Source of the DNA: Octopus sinensis | Taxonomy: Eukaryota | Length of the DNA stretch: 64,000 nt | Assembly (NCBI RefSeq): GCF_006345805.1 | Contig: NC_043020.1 | Span: 15,934,001 to 15,998,000, forward strand | Reading direction: 5' to 3' | In this document: positions 1 to 9,828 of the stretch, piece by piece | Layout: each line of letters starts with the position of its first letter | Position numbering within the stretch: position 1 is the stretch's first letter | Position numbers and translations under genes: made by a program | The notes under the pieces: generated by a model | The model's input: the letters and a program-made list of their open reading frames with translations, nothing else | Databases searched by the model: none | Told to the model about the DNA's origin: nothing

Positions 1-310
1 GTGTGTTTCTGTGTGTGTGTGTGTGTGCATGAGTATTTAGTATGTGTACGTGCTTGTATGTTCCTATGTATTTGTGTGTGTGTGTGTGTGTGTGGAGTGT
101 ATGTATTTTGTGCATGTGCATTTGTATTTGTGCATTAATATGTGTTTGTGAGCGTGTTTGCAAGTGAGCGTGTGTTTGTGCATGTGTGTGTTCATATGGG
201 TTTGTGAGTGTGTTTGAGAGAGAGAGAGAAAGAGATAGTGTGTTTGTGTGCATATCTCGTGCTCGTAGATGAGTGTGCATTTATGTGTGTTTGTCTGTGC
301 GTTTTGTCTC
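1..310. repeat. Degenerate (GT)n/(GA)n microsatellite tract
   Basis: Long interrupted gtgtgt runs; the ORF 64..336 is an H/T-rich artefact. Confidence 0.9.
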
Positions 311-1037
311 AAGCAGAAGTGTTCTTGCAACAACACGGATGACCAGCATTATAAAGCTGTGTACATAGATGGTCTTGCTTGACAGCCCCCTCACCACCAT
401 CACTGCCCACCACCACCATACCACCAACAACAACAACTTCAACACATCCAACAAAAATCTCGTTACACTTAACAAACCTATTGATTCTCACTTTTATTTA
501 TCAAAAACAAACCTATTGACCTCAAACATCTTGATTTATTTGTGTCGACATATATATATGTATCTGTGTGTGTATATATGCATGTGTGTGTGTACATACA
601 CACACACACATACATATGCCTACATATATACATATACACATACATAAATATACACACACACACACACAAGATAGTCACAGCTGGACAATTCAGTTCTGTT
701 ACAACTTCACTATTCATACCTTCCTGTACTTATTGGTACTATTACTACTTGAACAACCACCACCACCAAAATCACTAAGATGGCTTCTACAACTACTACC
801 TGTACTACAATTACTACTACTACAAGTAACACAATTCACTCTAGCAAATACCCACCCACTTACTCTCTCTGTCCCCACCCACTTTTGCCAAATCTCTTTC
901 AAACACCCTACTGTCTTAATCCGACAATTCTGCCTATTATGTAGTTTGAATGAGAAACTGTAACTAAAGATTAAGATTATTAACCCCACAGAGAGAGGAA
1001 AGAAGAGAGACAGCATAGCGATGGTTTTGGCTGACTG

Positions 1038-1102
1038 TCATCCTGTACTCCCATTGTTGCTAGTGAAATGGTATGTGCCGGTTGTCTGAGCAACTGGGTG
1101 TC
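1038..1102 (-). CDS. Possible terminal coding exon (xHPVAQTTGTYHFTSNNGSTG*)
   Basis: Minus-strand acceptor ...gtttgtttcggcattag|GA, then 20 open codons to TGA; non-repetitive sequence. No homology recognised. Confidence 0.2.
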
Positions 1103-1441
1103 CTAATGCCGAAACAAACAGGACATTAAGATTACAAAAATAGAGATTCTCACTTTGAGGGGCCACCAAGATACCCCAACACTATTATTTATCTCTTTGT
1201 AATTATTTCTGATTCTGTCTCACTCCCTCCTCTAAATGAGAGTAGTCATATGGCTCCTACAACAAAAATCTATGCCCCACCCATTTCTCTCATACCTTAA
1301 CCATCTCCAAGCATAAAGCTACCCTTTCTCATCTCAGGTCCCGTAGTCTTGGGTGTGGCACGGTGACCTCACAAATGCTGGTACCATGTAAAATGCACCC
1401 AGGACAATTTCTTATTCCTTGGTCATTTCAAATTCTGATAT

Positions 1442-1484
<43 letters not shown>

Positions 1485-1490
1485 TATAAA

Positions 1491-1612
1491 AGATAAAGAT
1501 AGTTATAGCTGGTCTTTGTGGTTACCCTGGATTTCATGTCCATAAAACTAAGCGCTTTTCTGAATGTGAAACCCAAGGTAACCCCATAGACTGACCATAA
1601 CTATCTTTGTCT
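1491..1612. mobile_element. Small MITE/hairpin with ~47-bp imperfect terminal inverted repeats
   Basis: agataaagatagttatagctggtctttgtggttaccctggatttca is the imperfect reverse complement of tgaaacccaaggtaaccccatagactgaccataactatctttgtct; abuts a (TA)n tract. Confidence 0.7.
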
Positions 1613-1681
1613 AACTACTCTACTGCTTTATAACTTAGAGTGTGCTTCTCTTTCAGATTTATGATTACTGACTATATATAA

Positions 1682-1716
<35 letters not shown>

Positions 1717-2044
1717 CATATGAGAGAAAGAGAAAGAAAATGAAATTCATAAGATTCTTTATTGATCACTTAATTACTACGATCATTTCAACCCTTTATG
1801 CATTAGTCCCTTGCAGGTGAGATTCTGTCCAAATAGTTGTGGTGCATTTCTTGGTACAGATATGCCTTGTGAGGTGACTTGTCAAAAGGTACCTTGTTCT
1901 TTAGTGTCTGTTTTGCTTATTTAAACTGGAATACAATTTGGCATTTGCCCATAGCTTCTTGCATACAACAGAAAGTAGGAGTTAGAATGAAGAACAGTTC
2001 TCTTACAGGTAATGAACCTACTTATAAAGAATCAAAAATAAAAT

Positions 2045-2262
2045 AAAGCATGGCTGTGTGGTAAAACGTTTCCTTCCCAACCACATGGTTTGGGGTTCAG
2101 TTTCACTGTGAGGCATCTTGAGCAACTGTCTTCTACAATAGTCCTAGGCCAACCAAAGCCTTCTGAGTGGATTTTGTAGATGGAAACTGAAAGAACGCTG
2201 TTGTATATGTGTGTGTGTGTGTGTTGTCCCCTCACCACCCCTTGACAACAAGCATGGGACAG
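2045..2262 (+). mobile_element. tRNA-derived SINE family A, 5' portion
   Basis: ggctgtgtggtaa...ggttcag...cttgagcaactgtcttctac...gtggattttgtagatggaaactgaaagaa, matching fuller copies at 5598, 32277, 50210 and 62083. Confidence 0.8.
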
Positions 2263-2339
2263 TTTGTCTGACATTTAACAACAACCTCAAGGAGGACACA
2301 GGATTGGGTTCTATCCATGAAAAGAAAATTGGCAACGAT

Positions 2340-2830
2340 GGATCTAGATGATGGGCAAAATGGCTTTTTCTTTGAGGATTAGGTGTCCTAAGTAAGTAAG
2401 GTATAGATTTCTTCGACCAAGATTTTCCTGAGGCTTTTTTTTTTCACTGCTTTCACAGATTCACAGGACTCTCTGTTGCCATCCAATTCCATTATTAAGA
2501 ATTTGAATTGGGAGCTTGAATCAAAATGAATCTTTCATTACACAACCATGCATGCTGCCCATATGGATGTGTCACAGGTAATCTCTTGATAGAGCTTAGT
2601 GATTCTGACAATCTTCAAGGATTCCTCCACTGAGCATCAATGTAAGAAGCATTGCTGACTCAGCTGAGCTCTTCTATTGCTTCACAATCAACCATTCTGC
2701 AATCCCATGACTTCCCCACAATCACTGGCAGGGTGGCTGAACAGGTATTATGCCTTGCCAAAGGGCAGCCCTCAACTATGCAGGGCACAATCATCACTCC
2801 ATGAGGTATTTTCAAAATACCTGCATACCT
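2340..2830 (-). repeat. Unclassified degenerate dispersed repeat (homologous to 34580-35250)
   Basis: Reverse complement shares blocks with 34580-35250, e.g. atgcaggtattttgaaaatacctca, gctgccctttggcaag, cagccaccctgccag, aagctctatcaagag, ggatggcaacagagag. Confidence 0.7.
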
Positions 2831-3035
2831 AAGGTTAATGACAACAATGTGAAAAAAATACTGATGATAGTTTTATCCGTTAAACTTCCTCACAACATTG
2901 GTCTTTTGAAATGGTGAAACTAAATTGCATTGGCTGGCTATGGCAAAACACTTGCCATGACAGACTCATAACAACTATTATTATTATTATCTAGTTCTTC
3001 TTTTACTCCTTTCAGTGATTTCAATATTTGAACAT

Positions 3036-3260
3036 TGGTTTACCCTTTGGAATTTAAACCAGTCATATCTAGCCCAAATATGCCTCTTGTTTTAAGTTCA
3101 AGCTAGCCTCTCACACCTACCCTACAATGTCATCCTAAAAGTTGGTAATAATATCATTAAAATCTCAAAGCTATGAGACAATACATGACAGACAGACATA
3201 GAGACAATATTAATGAATAAGCTTTACATTTGAAAGAGTAATTTGAACACTAAAGGGTTA
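3036..3260 (+). mobile_element. Non-autonomous piggyBac-like element
   Basis: Begins (t)taccctttg and ends aaagggttaa (CCC/GGG termini with TTAA); a related inverted copy lies at ~37530-37778. Confidence 0.5.
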
Positions 3261-4210
3261 AGGTGGTGAGCTGGCAGAAACATAAGCATGCCAGGCAAAA
3301 TGCTTAGCAGCATTTCACCCAGCTCTACATTCTGAGCTTAAATTCCGCTGAAGTCGACTTTACATTTTATCCTTTTGGGTCGATAAAATTAAGTACTAGT
3401 TGAGTACTGGGGTTGATGTAATCAGATTACCCTCTACCACTAAATTTCTGGCTTTGTGTCAAAATTTGAAATCATATGCATATATAACATATATAAGGCA
3501 GTGAGCTGGCAGAATTGTTAGCATGCCAGGCAAAATGCTTGGCAGCATTTCTGTCCGTCTATATGTTCTGAGTTCAAATTCTGCTGAGGTCAATTTTGCT
3601 TTTCATCCTTTAGGGGTCGATGAAATAAGTACCAGTTACACACTGGGGTAAATGTAATCAACTAGCCCTCTGCCCCAAATTTTCAGCCTTTTGTGCCTAT
3701 AGTAGAATGGATTATTATTATTGCTATTATTAGTATTATTACCATTATTATTATTTAAGGCAGTGAGCTGGCAGAATCGTTAGCATCATGCCAGGCAAAA
3801 TGCTTAGCAACATTTCCGTCCGTCTTTATATTCTGAGTTCAAAATCTGCTGAGTCAACTTTACCTTTTATTGTTTCAGGGTCAATAAAGTAAGTACCAGT
3901 TGAGCACAGCAGTCAATGTAATCTATTTCTTTACTACTCACAAGGGGCTAAACACAGAGGGGACAAACAAGGACAGACAAATGGATTAAGTCGATTACAT
4001 CAACCCCAGTGCGTAACTGGTACTTATCTAATCGACCCTGAAAAGATGAAAGGCAAAGTCGACCTCGGCAGAATTTGAACTCAGAACGTAACAGCAGACG
4101 AAATACGACTATGCATTTTGCCTGGCGTGCTAACATTTCTGCCAGCTCGCCGCCAATGTAATCGACTTACTCCCTCCTTTGAAGTTGCTGGCCTTGTGCC
4201 AAAATTTGAA
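3260..4210. mobile_element. Cluster of SINE family B copies (three +, one -)
   Basis: Repeated aggcagtgagctggcagaa...ttctgagttcaaattc...ttttcatcctttnggggtcgataaa...gtaccag at ~3260, ~3496 and ~3758; inverted copy 3937-4155. Confidence 0.85.
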
Positions 4211-4884
4211 ACCAATATTTGGACATCGGTGACACAGGCGAACTGTCTTTCAATAGTTTTATTTGGTTATAATTGTCTCCCCACTTCAATATTTTGTCTG
4301 GTACCTATTTCAAGATTTTTGCAGAATATAAATTGCAATGCTGACATTGAGAAGAAATAACTCAAATGACTACAAATACTGGAGGGCATTTCTGTTGAAA
4401 TGTACTAATTTCTGTCCATTGCACACCAATATAAATCCTTCAAGACAATGCCCCAGCATGGCCACAGTCCAATGACTGAAACAAGTAAAAGATAAAAGAT
4501 TATACTGCAATTTGACTGACCACTATGCCACTCCACTCTAACTCCCCTTCACCTTGCTTATTGACTAAAAGGTTGTTGAGTTATGACTGGTGTCTGTATT
4601 ATGAAACACTCTGCTGTTAGTTCTCTGCTGTCGTCAATCACCAGACAAAAGAACAATGGACACAACACAACATCAACGTCTGAAGAAGCAACAACAACAA
4701 CAACAACAGCAACATACATGCCATCCGTTTAAGACGCCAGAGACCAAAGACTGTTACAGGAACCAAAGTCTTCAGAACTGACAAGGATAAAAGCAAAATC
4801 AAAACAACAAAAATAAAAGCAAAATCAAGAAGAAAAACCAAAAACCAATTCATGAAACTTCCTGAACTATATTGCTTACTAATT

Positions 4885-5090
4885 CAGAGAGAGAGAGACA
4901 GAGAGAGACAGACAGACAGACAGAGACAGAGAGAGACAGACAGACAGACATACAGAGACACAGAGAGAGAGAGACAGACAGACATACAGAGACACAGACA
5001 GAGACAGAGAGAGAAAGAGACAGACAGACATACAGAGACAGAGAGAGAAAGAGAGACAGACAGAGGGAGAGAAGGAAAGAAAGAGAGAAG
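4885..5090. repeat. (AG)/(AGAC)n compound microsatellite
   Basis: Direct reading; the overlapping R/E/T/D-rich ORFs are artefacts. Confidence 0.9.
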
Positions 5091-5283
5091 AGTATTTTTG
5101 AGAAGAAGTGACATTAGCATAAACTTTACACACGTCCACCCAACATCTATTTATTTATGACTACTGTTCCATGCAGATACCGAGTAGACAGATCTTATTC
5201 CCACCCACCCTTCCCATTCTACGTTTTGTCCTGTTCTATCAGTTTTCAGTTCCAAGGTGTCTCTTGCAGCTGTCCTTCAAGAT

Positions 5284-5373
5284 TCAGATTTTTCTTGTAC
5301 TCCTCAGATCAAAATTAACCCCCAAACCCTTTGCCACTTCATTAACCCTGTCATTCAGGGAGTTGTGATTGTA
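5284..5373 (-). CDS. Candidate terminal exon (YNHNSLNDRVNEVAKGLGVNFDLRSTRKI*)
   Basis: Acceptor ...gtgtgtaggtag|TAC, 29 open codons then TGA; phase-compatible with the candidate exon 6153-6186. Confidence 0.25.
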   Translation of the reverse strand, partial: YNHNSLNDRVNEVAKGLGVNFDLRSTRKI

Positions 5374-5597
5374 CTACCTACACACACCTTTAATTCAGTA
5401 TTTTCCCTGTCTATATGGATGCATGGTTAAGACGGTCAGCTCTCAAGCATGTAGTTTCAGGTTCAGTCCCACAGTAGCCCTCACAAGCAGGAAGAACTCA
5501 AATTTTGACATGTGTAAAATCATTCTTGCTTGACTGAACAAATATGGTTTTGGATCATTTTCCCCTGTAAAACAACATTGTAATAATAATATATATT

Positions 5598-5992
5598 GAG
5601 GAGTGGCTGTGTAGTAAGTAGCTTGCTTACCAACCACATTGTTCCAGGTTCAGTCCCACTGTGTGGCACCTTGGGCAAGTGTCTTCTACTATAGCTTCGG
5701 GCCAACCAAAGCCTTGTGAATGGATTTGGTAGACATAAATTGAAAGAAGCTTGTCGTATATATGTATATATATGTACGTGTGTGTATATGTTTCTGTGTC
5801 TGTGTTTGTCCCCCCAACATCATTTGACAACCGATGCTGGTGTGTTTACATCCCCGTCACTTAGCAGTTCGGTAAAAGAGACCGATAGAATAAGTACTAG
5901 GTTTACAAAGAATAAGTCCTGGTGTCGATTTGCTCGATTAAAGGTGGTGCTCCAGCATGGCCACAGTCAAATGACTGAAACAATTAAAAGAG
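5598..5992 (+). mobile_element. SINE family A, near full-length
   Basis: gaggagtggctgtgtagtaagtagcttgc...ggttcagtccc (A/B-box-like head), internal (TA/TG)n, 3' ...ggccacagtcaaatgactgaaacaattaaaagag. Confidence 0.9.
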
Positions 5993-6152
5993 TAATACTT
6001 AGCCATCCTGGGCACTAACCATGAACTATAAAATAACTTTTTCAATATATCCAACTTCTATATGGGAAAAACCTACAACCTTCTACTCTAATAAACTATT
6101 ATTGTTCCTGTAAGTTGTTTTCTATACCTTCTACGGACAGCTCAAAGCTTAC

Positions 6153-6298
6153 TATTTTCCTAAATCTAGGTCCTTGGATTTTGCAACTACACATTATTAC
6201 ATTGAAGAGTATAGGTTCGAAATGTCTAACACTTTTCCATTCTTTCCAAGCATCCAACACCTGCTTGTTGTTCCCTCACCTGTCTCTGTACATTTGAA
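6153..6298 (-). CDS. Two candidate micro-exons (6280-6298 and 6153-6186)
   Basis: tag|TTCAAATGTACAGAGACAG|gtgagg and tgtgtag|TTGCAAAATCC...GAAAATA|gtaagc. Canonical splice sites, but more than one frame is open, so the assignment is weak. Confidence 0.25.
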
Positions 6299-6334
6299 CT
6301 ATATATAATATATATATAATATATACCTTGGACT

Positions 6335-6739
6335 TCAGAACAACCTGCTGTGCTTGAGGAGACCTATTGAGTCAAGTACATGAATATCGAAATAAATATC
6401 AAATGGAAATAGTAGTTGTGATACCTGTGCCGGTGGCACGTAAAAAGCACCAACCGAATCGTGGCCGATGCCAGCGCCGCCTAGACTGGCTTCCGTGCCG
6501 GTGGCACGTAAAATGCACCAATCCGATCGTGGCCGTTGCCAGCCTCGCCTGGCACCTGTGCTGGTGGCATGAAAAAAGCACTCACTACACACACGGAGTG
6601 GTTGGCGTTAGGAAGGGCATCCAGCTGTAGAAACACTGCCAGATCAGACTGGAGTCTGGTGCAGCCTTCTGGCTTCCCAGATCCCCAGTCGAACCGTCCA
6701 ACCCATGCTAGCACGGAAAATGGACATTAAACGATGATG

Positions 6740-6742
<3 letters not shown>
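6335..6742 (+). mobile_element. SINE-like family C with (GAT)n tail
   Basis: ...gtggcacgtaaaa repeats, ttggcgttaggaagggcatccagctgtagaaac, ccaacccatgctagcacggaaaatggacattaaacgatgatga. Confidence 0.85.
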
Positions 6743-6772
<30 letters not shown>

Positions 6773-7089
6773 TACACACATAGAAACATAACTGCATGTT
6801 TTATCAGCTCTCTAACATCATGTCCTTCTCTCACAGCCAGAATATATGTGCAATATGTGATGCATATGCATGCATCAGATACAACAGAGTAGGGAGAAGT
6901 CGTCATTCGGAATTCTGTTATTGGTATATTGGAATCATGTCTGACTGCTGGCAAAAAAAATCTTCAGAGATCTGAGTGGAAACCTTGTGCAGAAGTTTGT
7001 GTGCTCCTGTCAGCTTCTCCTCTAGGGAAGACACGTTTCAAAGCATAATTAATTGAACAACTCACAAAAATCATGTCTAGCAGAAAGCT

Positions 7090-7292
7090 ACAGCATCTAG
7101 TTTTGTTGTTGTTGTTGTTATTATTATTATTATCATTATTATTATTATTATCATTATAATTATTATTATTTATTTATTTATTTGTCTGTTTATTTATTCA
7201 CTACAACTATTTTTCTGAATGCTCTTATAATTTATGCTGTTTGAGCTATCTATTTTTGATTTTACTGTTAGTAGTATTTCCTTTCTTGTATC

Positions 7293-7326
<34 letters not shown>

Positions 7327-7330
7327 GTAG
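7090..7330. repeat. (ATT)n/(GTT)n microsatellites
   Basis: Direct reading. Confidence 0.9.
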
Positions 7331-8692
7331 TTGTTGTATTTCTTTTCATTAAAACATTTGTGGGGGGCTGGGGTAAAGAAAAACGATTGAAGTTATAGCT
7401 GAATGAACAAGAAGATAAGATAAACACGAATAAAATATATATATATATATATATATCAATATATGGAGGAGGGAAAGACGAAAAGTGAAGGGTTAAAAAA
7501 ATGTAGTTAAATGGGATTAAATTTTCTCCAAAAGAAAAAGGGGAAAAAAATAACTTTTCGATATGAATTCATAAATTGATATAGTTTTATAGTGTTTTTA
7601 GAGAGCGTATTAAAATGTTTTATGGTAAGTAACTGGTATGGATTTTTTTCCACTATGTAGATGCATGCACAAACACACGCATATACGCATATTCGTAAAT
7701 ATATACATATACATACTGTGCAGTGCACGTGTGTGTGTATACATTTGCTTGCTTCTCTGTGGTTATATTTATAGATAGAGAAAATAAACACAGCTATCAG
7801 ATATAAAATGGGAAATTCTGTTTAGATAAGGCCAATCTAAGTTAATGATAATATTCATATGTGACATCTTTACTGACCTTTATCACCTCACAAGAAGAGT
7901 TCTCTCTGAAAAGAAACAAAAAAACAACAATAGTAAACTTAATTTACAAAAAAATAATCATAGGAATCAGAATTATTTTTGTAGATTTAAAAAATCTTTA
8001 TCTTTAGGGACAGCGAGAGGTTATTTGTTTCGTCTTAATGTTCTTATTTCGATTTACCATTTATTTTTTTTTCGTTTTGGCACTTAGTAAATTTATTTCT
8101 TCTTCTTAACCAAAAGGACCTTTTTAATTTTTTTAATTCTTCATTGCAAAAAGCTAAAACGACTTCTATTTTAATTTTTTCGTGTCCTTTTAACTTTAAT
8201 CTCTCAATTGACTGAACTTGGTACAAACATGTCCTTGGAACTTATTCTACCCTCCAGAGTATTATCCAATATGTTCCAAGTTTTCTCCAAGCCATATAAA
8301 CCCTTTCTCATCCATTTTTTTTTTTACAAATTTGTTTTTATCTTTTGTTGGCTTTTCCCCCCCTTTTCTTCTGCTGTCATTGAATTTTGCAATTTAACAT
8401 AATCAATGGCAAGTGTTTTTGTAACCCAGAGGGTTGCTAAAGCCTTGTGTAATAGAGCATAGCATGTGGTGTTGAGTCTCCAAGACAGACTTGAGTAGAA
8501 GACTTCCACATTGCTGCTTCTTACATTTTCATTTGTTGTTACATCCTCGCTCCAAATCAAGAGAAACAGAATTGACCAATCAACTACAACCGACTCATTG
8601 CAAGCCAATGAATGAGGTTTCTACATGCTAGAAATAGCAGCCAGATCTCATCTTATAAAATGGTAGTCTGTGTGGGATAAAGTAATTTGGAT

Positions 8693-9045
8693 TATATTCA
8701 GGTCACTGCCTGGAATCGAACTCAGAATCTTGGGGTTAGTAGCCTGCACTCTTAACCACTATGCCACAGCATATGGTGTAGTGGTTAAGAGCGCAGGCTA
8801 CTAACCCCAAGATTCCAAGTTCGATTCCAGGCAGTGAGCTGAATAATAATAATAATAATAATAATAGTAATAATAATAATAATAATAACAACAACATTGA
8901 AAAATACTTTAGGAATGAGAACCCAGGTTTGAAATTTCCCCAGGACTCCTGATGAAGGCTGGAGGGTATATCAGTCGAAACGTGTTAACAACAAACAAGA
9001 TGAGGACAAATATCCCTCAAATGTAAATAATGTAATAATGTACAA
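8693..9045 (+). mobile_element. tRNA-head element with (AAT)n linker and hammerhead-like tail; head duplicated in inverted orientation
   Basis: A box TGGTGTAGTGG 8774-8784 and B box GTTCGATTCC 8819-8828; inverted head copy 8693-8766; CTGATGA 8949-8955, stem ggctg/cagtc, GAAAC 8977-8981. Confidence 0.7.
8944..8987 (+). ncRNA. Minimal type-I hammerhead ribozyme-like motif (probably degenerate)
   Basis: CUGAUGA-a-GGCUG(loop)CAGUC-GAAAC-GU core. There is one extra A before stem II, and stem I pairing after the cleavage site is imperfect in this copy. Confidence 0.55.
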
Positions 9046-9117
9046 GGCACCAGTAGTTATCCATTTCATCTCCAGTACACCACAAAGTCAAAAGCACTAA
9101 CAGCCACATATATTTTA

Positions 9118-9400
9118 CCTTCTCCATGAGGTAGTGAGTTTGATTCCTGAACCAGGCTGTGTGTTGTGTTCTTGAGCAAGAAACTTTATTACACGTTGCT
9201 CCAGTTCACTTATCTGTAGAAATGAGTTGTGATGCCACTGGTGCCAAGCTGTACCAGCCTTAGCCTTTCCTTTGGATAACATCGGTGGAGTGGAGAGGAG
9301 AGGCTGGTATGCATGGGCGACTGCTGGTCTTCCATAAACAACCTTGCCTGGACTTGTGCTTTGGATGTGCAATCCCATGGTCATTCATGACCAAAGGAGG
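9118..9400 (+). mobile_element. CORE-like tRNA SINE family D
   Basis: gtgagtttgattcc B-box remnant, then cttgagcaagaaactttattacacgttgctccagttcacttatctgtagaaatgagt, which resembles the CORE domain; inverted copies at 38535 and 60410. Confidence 0.7.
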
Positions 9401-9487
9401 GGGGTCTTTTTTTGTTCCTTATTTAATATGTAGCCTCATGTTGTAACATAGATATGAAGTTCTTGGAAGTTTGTATATTTTTGTGAA

Positions 9488-9828
9488 TAGGGTGTTCAGG
9501 CTGAATTTGATTGACTGTATAAATGGATAAACAAACACAATATCCAATCCAAAAAGTTTTTTAAAAATCAATAAATATCAACTAGATTATGACTGGGAGG
9601 TAACAGTTTACTCAAAGTAGTTTCCCTCCGCCTCCACCATGGCCTCAGAATGGCTCCATAACCTGGTGCATAAATTCTTCAATGAGTCACTGGTGAGACC
9701 TTAACCACCAGCTCAGTGTTGATGTTGCAGACAGAGCAGTTGAGGTTTTTCTCAACCTCACTGCACACATAGCAATCCATGGGATTACAATTGGGCTGGT
9801 AAAGTCATAGAAGTTCTCCAACAACCAT
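9488..9828 (-). pseudogene. Tc1/mariner (DD37D/maT-like) transposase C-terminus and probable TIR
   Basis: Minus strand reads ...RKSQKWLLENFYDFTSP(deletion)NCNPMDCYVCSEVEKNLNCSVCN...CTRLWSHSEAMVEAEGNYFE* (stop at ~9608-9610); TIR-like tagggtgttcaggctgaatttg at ~9488. Confidence 0.85.

Noticed and set aside
6327-6363. Exon-like segment with AG/GT borders
   Set aside because: It lies in the terminal part of a family C SINE and resembles the ends of other copies.
8324-8608. 94-aa minus-strand ORF
   Set aside because: Begins in repeat-like sequence; no recognisable motifs or convincing splice pair.
8773-8847. Functional tRNA genes (also the heads at 38790-38865, 53170-53250, 60610-60680)
   Set aside because: A/B boxes are present, but acceptor stems are not intact and each head continues into a multi-copy SINE body.
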